Virus record (IMG/VR): IMGVR_UViG_3300028422_001686
Direction: 5' to 3' (one strand)
Length of the DNA stretch: 64,000 bases
Source of the DNA: a virus
Taxonomy: Duplodnaviria; Heunggongvirae; Uroviricota; Caudoviricetes
The notes beneath the pieces are model-generated. The model ran no database searches and was not told where the DNA came from. It worked only from the letters and a program-made list of their open reading frames with translations. Of the stretch, positions 49,956 to 58,760 are shown in pieces. The position numbers and the translations under genes are program-made. Numbering within the stretch: position 1 is the first letter of the stretch; every line of letters starts with the position of its first letter.

Positions 49956-50419
49956 TATACACCTATTGGGTTTTCTTCTGCCTCTACACTAATTGATACA
50001 TCAGTAATTGTTTGCTCTCTTGTTCCAGTAGGGATAGTAACTTGAACCCAGAATGGATAATATGAATTATCTCCTTCCTCTGAAGTTCCAATGCTGGAAA
50101 ATTGCGCCGTATTTCCTGACTCAACTGATAACCACTCATTTCTTGCTGGCTGAGTATCACTTTGGACAATCTTGAACCCAATAAAAGCTTCAGGATAACT
50201 AATATCTCCCACTCTAACTTTTTCGGATGGAGTTGCCTTTACTTGGATATTTGTATAATAGAGATTGGTATCCGTGTTACGCAGATAAAGTTTTTTCTCT
50301 ACTGTCTCACCATTTACGCCATCATTAGATGTCTTTATGGGGTTTGTTTGCATTCCATTTCTTGAAATCTCTTTATAGAGATCATTTTTTTCATCGTAAT
50401 CATAGATTCTTAAGCTCAT
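49955..50419 (-). CDS. Hypothetical virion protein (beta-sandwich-like), 154 aa
   Basis: EKKLYLRNTD...YPFWVQVTIP pattern; first gene after the terminase terminator. Confidence 0.55.
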   Translation of the reverse strand: MSLRIYDYDEKNDLYKEISRNGMQTNPIKTSNDGVNGETVEKKLYLRNTDTNLYYTNIQVKATPSEKVRVGDISYPEAFIGFKIVQSDTQPARNEWLSVESGNTAQFSSIGTSEEGDNSYYPFWVQVTIPTGTREQTITDVSISVEAEENPIGV

Positions 50420-50430
50420 TTTAGCCCCTA

Positions 50431-50467
50431 AGAAAAAAGGAGATCGAGAAAAGGGGACTCGATCTCC
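50431..50467 (-). terminator. Intrinsic terminator after large terminase
   Basis: GGAGATCGAG (50439-48) / CTCGATCTCC (50458-67) perfect 10-bp stem followed by TTTTTT on the minus strand. Confidence 0.85.
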
Positions 50468-50482
50468 AGATAAGACGTCTTA

Positions 50483-52480
50483 TTATATCGTTTTTCTGGA
50501 AGGTAGTGATCTGGCCCTTTTTCCTAGAAAACCACCTTTTTTACCAATTGAGGAGCCCATTGCTCTTGTAAATCCTCTTTTTGGATCACTATTAAAAGCT
50601 TCTGGACTATATACACGTGAAGGTAACCCATTAATCAAGCCATTAGTTCCATTTGGCAAGAGCGATCTTCTGTCTGCATTTGATCTATATCCTGCTTCTG
50701 GCTTTTTAGGTGTAGCTTGAGATTCAGCATTACTTTTTGTTGCTTCCTCTCTAGACTTTACGCCCTCTTCGTGACCTTCGTTAATTCTCCCACTAAAGCC
50801 TATTTTTGTCGAGTAAATTCTGGTCGTAAGATCTGACATTTCCATTTCAAATGCAAGCATAGATAAAACAAAAGCATCCAGATCATGGTCTCCAGCAGGA
50901 CCAGCTTGATAAACAGGAGAACCATCTTGCCTTTTTCTAATTTCAGTATAACCATGAAGTTGATTTTCTAAATCTATGTCATACTCAGAAAGAAGAACTT
51001 GTTCATTCTCAAATTTCCTAACAAGAGACTCTACCGCAAATGGCTTAGTTAGTTTATATGCTGGCATCTGTGTTACAGGATCATATATCTCAAGTTTCTC
51101 TGCAGAATTTATAGCCTTAACTTCTTGCAGTTTTGAGTCTATTCTTGATGTTTCAGAGTTTCCGTATTTAGCATTAACACCAATTCTTTTTAATACTTCT
51201 ACCTGAGTAGCACCGTAGCCCTGATCCACGTAGATGTATGATGGTCGCCATTTTCTATTTAAGTGAACAATTTTTTCAATAGCGGCCGTCTGAGTCCATC
51301 CTTCTTTTTGAACCAAAGCCTTCTCTACAGGTCTGAAGGATCCAGTAACAGGATTAAACTCAGTAATATAAATTCTTGTTCCATTTTCTGTGTCATTCCA
51401 GTCTGCGCCAAGCGTATAAGTACATCCTTTCTTTGGAACAAGACCTTCATACCTATATTCTCTTTTTGCTCTATCAATATATGCAGATTGAAATACACCT
51501 GTAGCTTGCTCTCCCCATTCAGCTAAAATCTCATGAGCCCAAGCTTCCTCAGTCCTATATTCTTCTCTAAGTTCATCCTCCATTTCTGGCCCCCAGAAAG
51601 GGTTAACCATAGATGGAAAATGAAACTGCTTATATCTCATGTTATTTTCACACCAACCATAAAAAGCTTCTCTTTTTCCTGAAGGTGTAGATGCACAAAA
51701 GAGTGACACATGATTATGTTCCATTAGAAGAGCTGTAACAGTGTCAATATCTCCTTGTGAAAGATAGTCGGCCTCATCAAGAATGACAAAGTCTGCTTTC
51801 TGACCACGGACCGTAGTAGCATTTTTAGCACCAGAGGAAAACCCTAGGACCCTTGCACCATTGTGTAGCTCGATCATATGGTATGGAGTGGCAACGTCTC
51901 TTTTAACTTGAGCTGCCAATTTCTCATTCTTCATATAGAGAGCCTTGCATCTATCAAAGAAGTTTTTTACTTGAGATTGATAAGGGGCGAGGAATAAGAT
52001 GGTAGAAAACCCATCTAGATATTTCTTTAGTTTTTTATCCCAACGTTTAACCTTTGGGGAGTTTGTAAAAAGAAAGTGCAGTGCTTTAATACACATAGCA
52101 TCGGTCTTTCCTGTACGACGACCTTGTCTAAGAGCAACACGTTTTGAAGAGCATCTTAATACATCAGATTGGTATTTTATCTTCCCATCACTAGACTCTC
52201 TAGGATCCCAATCTACATTTTTCTTTGCCCATAGGACAGGATCATAAAGTGCTTGAACTTCACTTATTTCATCTGGGCTCATACCTTTAACGACTTCATC
52301 GTAATATGGGACAAATTTATTATTTTCAGGGATACCTTCACAGACAATAATAAAGTCACCCTTCTTATAGGAGGGTTTTTTAGTAGAAGCGCTGCGCTTA
52401 CCATCAGTCTTTGCTAACCTGGTTCTTACGCAAGTTTTACATGTGTCTGTTAATTCTTCGTATGGCCTTTTGCATGCCAT
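50483..52480 (-). CDS. terL: Terminase large subunit, 665 aa
   Basis: Walker A LRQGRRTGKT, Walker B FVILDEAD, motif III ASTP, nuclease LGADW and DHDLDAFVL. Confidence 0.95.
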   Translation of the reverse strand: MACKRPYEELTDTCKTCVRTRLAKTDGKRSASTKKPSYKKGDFIIVCEGIPENNKFVPYYDEVVKGMSPDEISEVQALYDPVLWAKKNVDWDPRESSDGKIKYQSDVLRCSSKRVALRQGRRTGKTDAMCIKALHFLFTNSPKVKRWDKKLKKYLDGFSTILFLAPYQSQVKNFFDRCKALYMKNEKLAAQVKRDVATPYHMIELHNGARVLGFSSGAKNATTVRGQKADFVILDEADYLSQGDIDTVTALLMEHNHVSLFCASTPSGKREAFYGWCENNMRYKQFHFPSMVNPFWGPEMEDELREEYRTEEAWAHEILAEWGEQATGVFQSAYIDRAKREYRYEGLVPKKGCTYTLGADWNDTENGTRIYITEFNPVTGSFRPVEKALVQKEGWTQTAAIEKIVHLNRKWRPSYIYVDQGYGATQVEVLKRIGVNAKYGNSETSRIDSKLQEVKAINSAEKLEIYDPVTQMPAYKLTKPFAVESLVRKFENEQVLLSEYDIDLENQLHGYTEIRKRQDGSPVYQAGPAGDHDLDAFVLSMLAFEMEMSDLTTRIYSTKIGFSGRINEGHEEGVKSREEATKSNAESQATPKKPEAGYRSNADRRSLLPNGTNGLINGLPSRVYSPEAFNSDPKRGFTRAMGSSIGKKGGFLGKRARSLPSRKTI

Positions 52481-52872
52481 CAGGATCCCTTTTTTAGTAT
52501 GCTTGGTATTGGCGGCCTACCACGCCTTTTCTTTTTACTTTCTACTATCTTTTGAAATTTTGGAATAAGTTCCTTGTCTATATTTTCTCTGTGAATAGTA
52601 TGGTGACAATTATAGCAGAGTGTTAAACCATTTGCTACATCAAATATTTTTTCTGGATATTCTGACTTCCTTAAAATATGGTGTGCTTCTAGTCCGCCTC
52701 CACGGGCATCGCAAATCTGGCATGTAAACTTATCTCTTAAAAATACCTTTTTTCTCCAAGCTACATACAGTCTATGTTTGTAAATCTTCTTGCTTGTTAT
52801 TAAGTTTCGTATTTTGTTAATTGATAATTTTTGCACTTCGCGCGCGGCGCTCCGAGCCTTACCCCTTTTCAA
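52480..52872 (-). CDS. HNH endonuclease adjacent to terminase, 130 aa
   Basis: RDKFTCQIC...LEAHHI...NGLTLCYNCHHTIH. Confidence 0.9.
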   Translation of the reverse strand: MKRGKARSAAREVQKLSINKIRNLITSKKIYKHRLYVAWRKKVFLRDKFTCQICDARGGGLEAHHILRKSEYPEKIFDVANGLTLCYNCHHTIHRENIDKELIPKFQKIVESKKKRRGRPPIPSILKKGS

Positions 52873-52914
52873 CCACTTAACCTCTTGTTTTCATTACCTT
52901 TTTACATGTATAAA

Positions 52915-53808
52915 CTAGTTATGCATATACATAGCTTCTGACCCCATCATTTTTCCAGACATGCTCGTATCTCTACCCAACAATGCCAAAGACTGGTTCA
53001 TAGCTTTCATAGACATCTCATTCATTTTCAGTGGAGATGACCCATATCTTTTTACATTTTTCTCTTCAAATGCTGGTTTTACAATGGAGTTCATAATGTC
53101 TTCGCTACCTGCAAATGCTGTAACTGCAACACTAGCTGCAATTCCAACAGGTGTAGCCATCTTTGCTAGCCCTAGTCCACTCATTAAGCTCGACCCTACT
53201 TTTCCAGCCAAAGTCATAGCTCCAATCCCTAATCCAGCAGCTGTTACACCACCGATTACTTTTTGGGATCTTGTTCCATCCATTTCACTAGCTAGTCCAT
53301 ATGCATCTAGTCCAACAAAAGCAGCTGTTGCTGCAGGGCCGAGGTATTTTCCAGCTTTTTTGAAGGCTCCGCCTATATTTCTTGTATCTTGTTTTAGTAT
53401 TCTGCCAGCTTTTTGAAAATTGGTTTCATGTGGGCCTACAAATGTCCTAGCATGTCTTCCAGCCATGGATTCAGGAGGACCCATCATTCCTGGGGCTTGA
53501 GAAGCAGCTTTAAATGGACTTTCTCCAATCACTGATCTTAATCTAGGATTGGTTTCTGCTAATCTATGAGCTCCGGCAGCTGTATAGTAGTCTTTATCGA
53601 GACTATTGATTGCTTTGCTGGCTAAAGATCTTGTATATTTTTTACCAAGTCTTTGTGTTTTCCTTAAAGTAGGTTCTCTTGGTCCAAACTGTGTAAAATT
53701 TGAACCAGTTAAGCCCTTTCCTTTTCTGAAAGGGCCGTATTGTCTTTGTTGACTTGGATCATAGCTATATTGGTTATACCCAAATTGCTGCTTAGTTTCT
53801 AGTCCCAT
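52915..53808 (-). CDS. Gly/Ala-rich protein with C-terminal hydrophobic helices, 297 aa
   Basis: Basic N-half; ATAAFVGLDAYGL, VTAAGLGIGAMTLAG, GIAASVAVTAFAG. Confidence 0.65.
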   Translation of the reverse strand: MGLETKQQFGYNQYSYDPSQQRQYGPFRKGKGLTGSNFTQFGPREPTLRKTQRLGKKYTRSLASKAINSLDKDYYTAAGAHRLAETNPRLRSVIGESPFKAASQAPGMMGPPESMAGRHARTFVGPHETNFQKAGRILKQDTRNIGGAFKKAGKYLGPAATAAFVGLDAYGLASEMDGTRSQKVIGGVTAAGLGIGAMTLAGKVGSSLMSGLGLAKMATPVGIAASVAVTAFAGSEDIMNSIVKPAFEEKNVKRYGSSPLKMNEMSMKAMNQSLALLGRDTSMSGKMMGSEAMYMHN

Positions 53809-53815
53809 CTAGTTA

Positions 53816-54208
53816 CTAGTCTCCCCAGCCTAATCCCCATGGATTAACAAAGTCAGCTGCAGCGGCACCTACTGCTGCTGTTCCTGCAGCGGCTACGCCC
53901 ATACCAATTCTAGCAGCATTGTCACCGTGTTTCCATTGAGCTCCAAGACCTTTACCTACTCCCATAGCTGCATCTTTAAGAGATGCTCCAGCTCTGAAGT
54001 CTTTATATCCAGACTTAAATGTGTCTCCCATTTGTGAGCCCGCATTCTTTGTCCAGGTACCTACGTTTCCTGCACCAGTTCTAGCAGAAGAAAATGTTTT
54101 GTTAGCGGCATTGGTACTCCAGCTTTTAGCTGTAGATCCCCAACCACTTAATGTGCTTTTTACTTTATTAAAAGCATTGTTAGCATTTAGTTTGGCGAAC
54201 ATACTCAT
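53816..54208 (-). CDS. Gly/Ala-rich small protein, 130 aa
   Basis: Amphipathic repeats and C-terminal IGMGVAAAGTAAVGAAAA. Confidence 0.65.
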   Translation of the reverse strand: MSMFAKLNANNAFNKVKSTLSGWGSTAKSWSTNAANKTFSSARTGAGNVGTWTKNAGSQMGDTFKSGYKDFRAGASLKDAAMGVGKGLGAQWKHGDNAARIGMGVAAAGTAAVGAAAADFVNPWGLGWGD

Positions 54209-54213
54209 GTTAA

Positions 54214-55206
54214 TTACCCCTCTATGTAATCTGCTGACTCTATATCATCATCTCTTAGAGCAGCTAGTTTATCGATCTTAGCTTTTATATCAGCTGCAGT
54301 ATTAAAGATAGATAAGTCTCCAGATTCTTTCATAGATTGCTCTCTTTTGAACTTATCTTTCCTTGTACCCATCATAGATTCTAGCAGGTTTTTTCTCCAG
54401 CGCCAAGCTCGTTCAATGTGGTTATAGGCTGGATGTTCTTGTATTTGTTTTTCTAGTTCACCACTAGGAGAGGCTCCTACAATGTTTTCTATGATACCAG
54501 TAGGGTGAAGTTCACCCAGCAGTTTAAACGCGCGCATTTCTAGGACATGGGTAGCGGCTAGCATTTGGACTACAGATACTTCTCCCATATCGGTCTCAAG
54601 GACCGAGAACTCGTCTATGTATCTTTTAGTATAAAGGTCCATTAGCATAGATTCAATAGGACATGGTAAGTCTTCAGGTAGTTTACCTATTTTATAGAAT
54701 GGACATTGTTTTTTAAAGGAACATTCTTCTGCTTGACAGGTCATTGGAATAGAAGTTCTTAGACCTGTAGCAGCAGACCTCATCCCGGCGCGGACCACGG
54801 TTAGTTCTTTCTCATTTAATTTTAATGACTTGGGAACATAATTGTCTAGAGATGGTGTTAGGCCTCCTGAATAGTAACTATCTGAAACTAAATCTGAGGA
54901 CATATAGCTTTCAGCTGCTTCTCTTAGGTCTATTTTAGAGGTATTAACCTTATCAGTTATGGATTGATCAGAGTATTCTCTTTTTGCGATAGCAAATTCT
55001 TCTTTTTTTTCATCATCCGATAGAGAAAGAAGAGGTTCATCATCTTCGTATTCGGCGCTTTTAGCGTCCTCTCTTTCCATTATTTGATCTAATTTATCTA
55101 ATATGTCTTCTTTAGTTAATGGTTGTCTCTTAATCTTTTCTGAAAGGGTGTTTACATTGACTTCTTTAAAGTCTGCTCCCTTCGTTTTTGTACCTACTCT
55201 TCCCAC
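54214..55206 (-). CDS. Candidate terminase small subunit, 330 aa
   Basis: First gene of the operon; IQEHPAYNHIERAWRWRKNLLESMMGTRKDK resembles P27-type small terminase C-termini; C-x4-C-x5-C...C cluster. Confidence 0.5.
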   Translation of the reverse strand: MGRVGTKTKGADFKEVNVNTLSEKIKRQPLTKEDILDKLDQIMEREDAKSAEYEDDEPLLSLSDDEKKEEFAIAKREYSDQSITDKVNTSKIDLREAAESYMSSDLVSDSYYSGGLTPSLDNYVPKSLKLNEKELTVVRAGMRSAATGLRTSIPMTCQAEECSFKKQCPFYKIGKLPEDLPCPIESMLMDLYTKRYIDEFSVLETDMGEVSVVQMLAATHVLEMRAFKLLGELHPTGIIENIVGASPSGELEKQIQEHPAYNHIERAWRWRKNLLESMMGTRKDKFKREQSMKESGDLSIFNTAADIKAKIDKLAALRDDDIESADYIEG

Positions 55207-55399
55207 TTTTTATCCCCTTTTATAAGAAGTGTTTTTAGGTAATTGTAACATATTGTATTTATATAAGTAAAGTAGAGTGTAAGAAATGAATAAATAAAGT
55301 AAGTATAAATGTTAGTAATTCCTCTTATAGGGGGCGTTTTTTTGAAAAAAATAAAAATTCAACTTTTTGTTTTTAAGGTTTTTGGATTTAGAGAGAAGT

Positions 55400-55534
55400 A
55401 GGTACCGGGGGTCTAGATAAAGAGAAGGGTTAAACTGTATGGTTTCTAAAAAGGAAGAGCTGTGTATGTCTAGGGTAGGTAGTTTGATTCTATTATATAG
55501 AATCTCTTATTAATCCATTCGAGGTACCGGGGGT
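55400..55534 (+). repeat. 13-bp direct repeat AGGTACCGGGGGT x2
   Basis: Copies at 55400-55412 and 55522-55534 in the AT-rich divergent intergenic region. Confidence 0.9.
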
Positions 55535-55556
55535 ATCTCATAACTAAGGAGTATTT

Positions 55557-55820
55557 ATGGAAATTTTAATGAGTGCAGTAATTGGTCTTTTGATGATTCT
55601 TTGTACAGGTATGTGTATCTATTATTCTGTTAAGTTTGGTAAAGATCTTATTAGAGTATGGCAAGAAAGAAAGGCATTTAGTCAGGTAGTAAGAGAAGAT
55701 GGTGTGGTAGGTAAGGTATACGTAGTATTGTTTGTAGCATTACGTGTGTTGTATATCGTAGGGACTATTATCTTAGTAGTAAGTCTTATTATTAATTTCT
55801 TTAAATGGGTTACTAAGTAA
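55557..55820 (+). CDS. Two-TM membrane protein, 87 aa
   Basis: RBS AAGGAG; two hydrophobic segments. Confidence 0.75.
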   Translation: MEILMSAVIGLLMILCTGMCIYYSVKFGKDLIRVWQERKAFSQVVREDGVVGKVYVVLFVALRVLYIVGTIILVVSLIINFFKWVTK

Positions 55821-55848
55821 TTAGTAGTCCTATAGTAAGGAGGTAGTT

Positions 55849-56007
55849 ATGTTAAGTATAAGGGATGTATTTGTAGGTTTATTATTTATTATCTTTGTGG
55901 CTGGTTTATGTAAGGACTTTGATAATAAGAATAAGGGTATTAGTGTGTCATATAGTGACCATAGGGGTACTACAGCGGCGAAGTTTGCTAAGTATGGTCT
56001 TAATTAA
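55849..56007 (+). CDS. Small membrane protein, 52 aa (MLSIRDVFVGLLFIIFVAGLC...)
   Basis: RBS AAGGAGG; below track cutoff. Confidence 0.65.
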   Translation: MLSIRDVFVGLLFIIFVAGLCKDFDNKNKGISVSYSDHRGTTAAKFAKYGLN

Positions 56008-56020
56008 TAAGGAGGTATAT

Positions 56021-56224
56021 ATGGAAGGGTTTGAAGTAGAGTATGAAGGTGTTGAAGGTGTGAGTAAAGAGATGGCTTATTATCTAACTAAGGCTTTAGG
56101 TATAAAGGTAGAGAAGGTAGTAGTTACTAGGGCTCTTATATGTAAGGCTATGAGAAAGTACTTAGATGAGAAGGGTGACTTACCTTTAACATGGAAGGTA
56201 CTGTTATCAAAGATGGTTAAGTAA
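56021..56224 (+). CDS. Hypothetical protein, 67 aa (MEGFEVEY...)
   Basis: RBS AAGGAGG at about 56009; the track ORF 55895..56224 is over-extended. Confidence 0.7.
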   Translation: MEGFEVEYEGVEGVSKEMAYYLTKALGIKVEKVVVTRALICKAMRKYLDEKGDLPLTWKVLLSKMVK

Positions 56225-56260
56225 TTAGTTTTATTGGTTAAAGTAAATTAGTTTTTTATT

Positions 56261-57577
56261 ATGTGCCTATTAAGGATTAATGGGTGTTTTTTGGAGGTTT
56301 TTATGTGTAATGAAATTAAATGTTTAGAGTGTGGTACTTTTAATAATATTGTTGAAGGTACAGAGTATTGTAGTTTGTGCGTTAAAGGAGTTAACGTATT
56401 TAAGGAGGTTAATATGGAGGGTAATGATTTTATTGCTCAATGGTGGTTAGAGAATGGTTCTCTTGTAGAGACTGTTATTTCTAAAGATGATGCTCTTGAG
56501 AATCTTGTTGAATGGGAATTTGATGAGACTAGACAGGCTGATTTTAGAAATGTTGGTAAAAGATCTAAGTCTTTTGAGATGGAAAGAGAGGATATTTCAT
56601 ATAAGGCTAATTGGAATGATGTTGTTGATTATTGTGAGTGTGGAGAGGAAGTTAAAGGTGGATTTTGTGCTGTTTGTGGACAAACTGTAGAGAAAGATGT
56701 TGGTATTCATGAGGAAGCTTATAACCGTTTTATGGGAGCTATTTCTACTGGTGATCAAAGTGAATGTTTTCGTTCTACTTTGTTAGAGGAAGGTTGGGCT
56801 CCTGGTTTGGTTAGAAGTGAATTTGGTTTTGTTTCTATGGAGAGTTTGTATTCTCTTGAGAAAGCTGAAGAGAAAAGACTTAAAATGGAAGCAGAGTGGT
56901 TAAGTGGTGTTGTTGTTAAGAGAAATGAAGTTGTTAAAGCTAAGCTTGATATGGGTAAAGTTATTCTTGATAAGTATCTTGAATTTGTTGTAGCAGACAT
57001 CAAGTTTGAAGGAATGTGTAAGTTAATTAATGCAGCGACTTCTGAGTGGATGAAGAAAATGGAAGCTGAGTTTGGTAGTTCGTTTGTTTATTCTAATTTG
57101 TATATTCGTAATTGTCCTGTTAGTGCTGAAGTTCTTGATGGTTTTCGTGCAGTTGAGAAGGAAATTGCTTATTTAACTAAGCTTATTTCTATGGATATTG
57201 ATGTTGCTTTTAATGAAAGTTTGTTGAATAAAGCTAAGGCTGAGAAGGCTAAGTTTCTTTCTATTGTTGGTCTTAAACAAAATGCTTATGTATTTAAGCG
57301 TTTTAACCAAGCTTTCTGGGCTAAGAGAAGAGCTCTCCTTTCATCAAGAAAGGAAGCTCGTTTTAATTCTGGTTTAGAGAAAATGAATGAATTTATTTCT
57401 GTTATTGGTAATATGGAGAATCTTGTTGATATCAAGAAATACATTCTTTCTCTACCGGTAGAAGGTGCTAAATCTCTTTTGATTACTTCTTATGCTATGA
57501 GAAAGAGACAAAACATTCTTCCTTTGAGAAAGGAAGTTTTTGCTATTCTTAAATATAAAGTAAATTCTGCTGCCTAA
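56261..57577 (+). CDS. Early protein with two Zn-ribbon motifs (likely start 56303, 424 aa)
   Basis: GGAGG before ATG 56303; CLEC...CSLC and CEC...CAVC motifs. Confidence 0.75.
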   Translation: MCLLRINGCFLEVFMCNEIKCLECGTFNNIVEGTEYCSLCVKGVNVFKEVNMEGNDFIAQWWLENGSLVETVISKDDALENLVEWEFDETRQADFRNVGKRSKSFEMEREDISYKANWNDVVDYCECGEEVKGGFCAVCGQTVEKDVGIHEEAYNRFMGAISTGDQSECFRSTLLEEGWAPGLVRSEFGFVSMESLYSLEKAEEKRLKMEAEWLSGVVVKRNEVVKAKLDMGKVILDKYLEFVVADIKFEGMCKLINAATSEWMKKMEAEFGSSFVYSNLYIRNCPVSAEVLDGFRAVEKEIAYLTKLISMDIDVAFNESLLNKAKAEKAKFLSIVGLKQNAYVFKRFNQAFWAKRRALLSSRKEARFNSGLEKMNEFISVIGNMENLVDIKKYILSLPVEGAKSLLITSYAMRKRQNILPLRKEVFAILKYKVNSAA

Positions 57578-57738
57578 TAGGCATAGGGTTAGGCTTTTTA
57601 TGGGTTTTATTGAGGTGCTTGCTCTCCTTGGTGGAGAGCTTAGGCTTGTAGCTTGTGACTTTTTGTTATTGGCTTCAAGCTTTCACCTCGATAGGGTAGC
57701 ATGGATTTTTATGTATTTCAATATTAAATGGAGGAATT

Positions 57739-58020
57739 ATGAGATTTTTAATTAAAGATTTAATGGATGCTATTAGAGAATATATGGTAAATGATTCTAT
57801 TCAAGATGATTTAACATATGTTCTTATTGATTTAGATCGTTTTTATTGTAAGGGAATTAAAGAGATTGATTTTAATTATTCTCTTGAGCATACTAGGACT
57901 AGTTTTTATATTCAGTGGTCTTTGGTTCATGTAAATGGAGAGTTTTATGCAGATCAAAGTACTGCTGATATTGATAGTTTTATCTATTGGTATGCAATTA
58001 ATAATGCTCCGTCCAAATAG
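57739..58020 (+). CDS. Hypothetical protein, 93 aa
   Basis: RBS GGAGG. Confidence 0.7.
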   Translation: MRFLIKDLMDAIREYMVNDSIQDDLTYVLIDLDRFYCKGIKEIDFNYSLEHTRTSFYIQWSLVHVNGEFYADQSTADIDSFIYWYAINNAPSK

Positions 58021-58082
58021 TTCTTCTTTCTACATAATGTTTCTGGTTTAGATTTTATATCTATACTCCGAATAAAATAATA

Positions 58083-58430
58083 ATGTTTTGTTTTTATACT
58101 ACAAGAGAGGTAGTTATGGTTTTAATAAAAAGATTCTTCTTTGCCTCTAGGAAAAAGAAAGTTTATTTTGAAGATGAGGTTTATGATAAGAAGTTATCTT
58201 ATTTAGATCTTACTTCAGAAGAATTAATTAGTATGATTGATTCTAGATTAGAAGATTTAAGGTCTCTCCGGCCGGATAGTTCTTATGCTCATGATAGAGA
58301 TAATATAATGTTAAGACTAGCTGGGCGTAAACATTTTTTAGAGAAAGATGGAGATGATCAAGGCTATAGAGAAAAGGCCATTGATATTATCCTTATTGCT
58401 TCATCATTCTATCAACATTACAGGAGTTAA
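58083..58430 (+). CDS. Hypothetical protein (likely start 58116)
   Basis: GAGAGG before ATG 58116. Confidence 0.65.
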   Translation: MFCFYTTREVVMVLIKRFFFASRKKKVYFEDEVYDKKLSYLDLTSEELISMIDSRLEDLRSLRPDSSYAHDRDNIMLRLAGRKHFLEKDGDDQGYREKAIDIILIASSFYQHYRS

Positions 58431-58433
58431 CTT

Positions 58434-58607
58434 ATGTGTAAATGTATTATCTGTAATTCTTATTTAACAAAACAAGAAGCTCAAAACTATGATGATGTTT
58501 GTCTTGATTGTTTTCAAATTGCTGAAGAGAAAGTTCGTATTGAAGCAGAAAGAATGATGGATCAAATTAAAGCTGAGGAGGAGTTAAGATGTTCATTACA
58601 GTATTAG
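58434..58607 (+). CDS. Small Zn-finger protein, 57 aa (MCKCIICNSY...CLDC...)
   Basis: RBS AGGAG; CxxC...CxxC; below track cutoff. Confidence 0.65.
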   Translation: MCKCIICNSYLTKQEAQNYDDVCLDCFQIAEEKVRIEAERMMDQIKAEEELRCSLQY

Positions 58608-58696
58608 GTATTTCAGTGGCGCTTGTAAGTTTATTTGCATTTCTTACAGAGATGTCAGGTAGTAAAAAAGTTAAAGTATCCTCTCGGGGATTTTAG
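58589..58696 (+). CDS. 35-aa hydrophobic peptide MFITVLGISVALVSLFAFLTEMSGSKKVKVSSRGF
   Basis: GAGGAGGAG upstream; one TM helix plus basic tail; the ORF forms the left arm of a long fold-back. Confidence 0.5.
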   Translation: MFITVLGISVALVSLFAFLTEMSGSKKVKVSSRGF

Positions 58697-58760
58697 ATAC
58701 TTTTTGTTGTAAGTACCTGATTATATGTTCTGTAAGAAAGTAAAAAAAGGCCGCCAATTG
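58614..58760. repeat. Long imperfect inverted repeat (about 147 nt)
   Basis: TTTCTTACAGA/TCTGTAAGAAA, TCAGGTA/TACCTGA and AAAGTATC/GATACTTT nested symmetrically. Confidence 0.8.

Noticed and set aside
39646-52480. Inteins or introns in capsid, portal or terminase
   Set aside because: Frames are continuous, motif spacing is normal, and no intein splice-junction or LAGLIDADG motifs were seen.
693-54281. Short opposite-strand or out-of-frame track ORFs inside the structural genes (e.g. 7998..8447, 29486..29968, 52961..53416)
   Set aside because: Shadows of long real genes, with no RBS or coherent protein signal.
55256-55263. TATAAATA (T4 late promoter consensus) on the minus strand upstream of the late operon
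   Set aside because: Also occurs inside coding sequence (e.g. near 3615, 48222, 49285) and I did not see it before other late genes; expected by chance in AT-rich DNA.
55895-56020. N-terminal extension of track ORF 55895..56224
   Set aside because: It overlaps the RBS-bearing ORF 55849..56007; a strong RBS sits before 56021.
57600-57760. About 50-aa ORF and GCTCTCC/GGAGAGC hairpin (57621-57639)
   Set aside because: The ORF has no RBS; the hairpin lacks a T tail and does not match other motifs, so it cannot be assigned.
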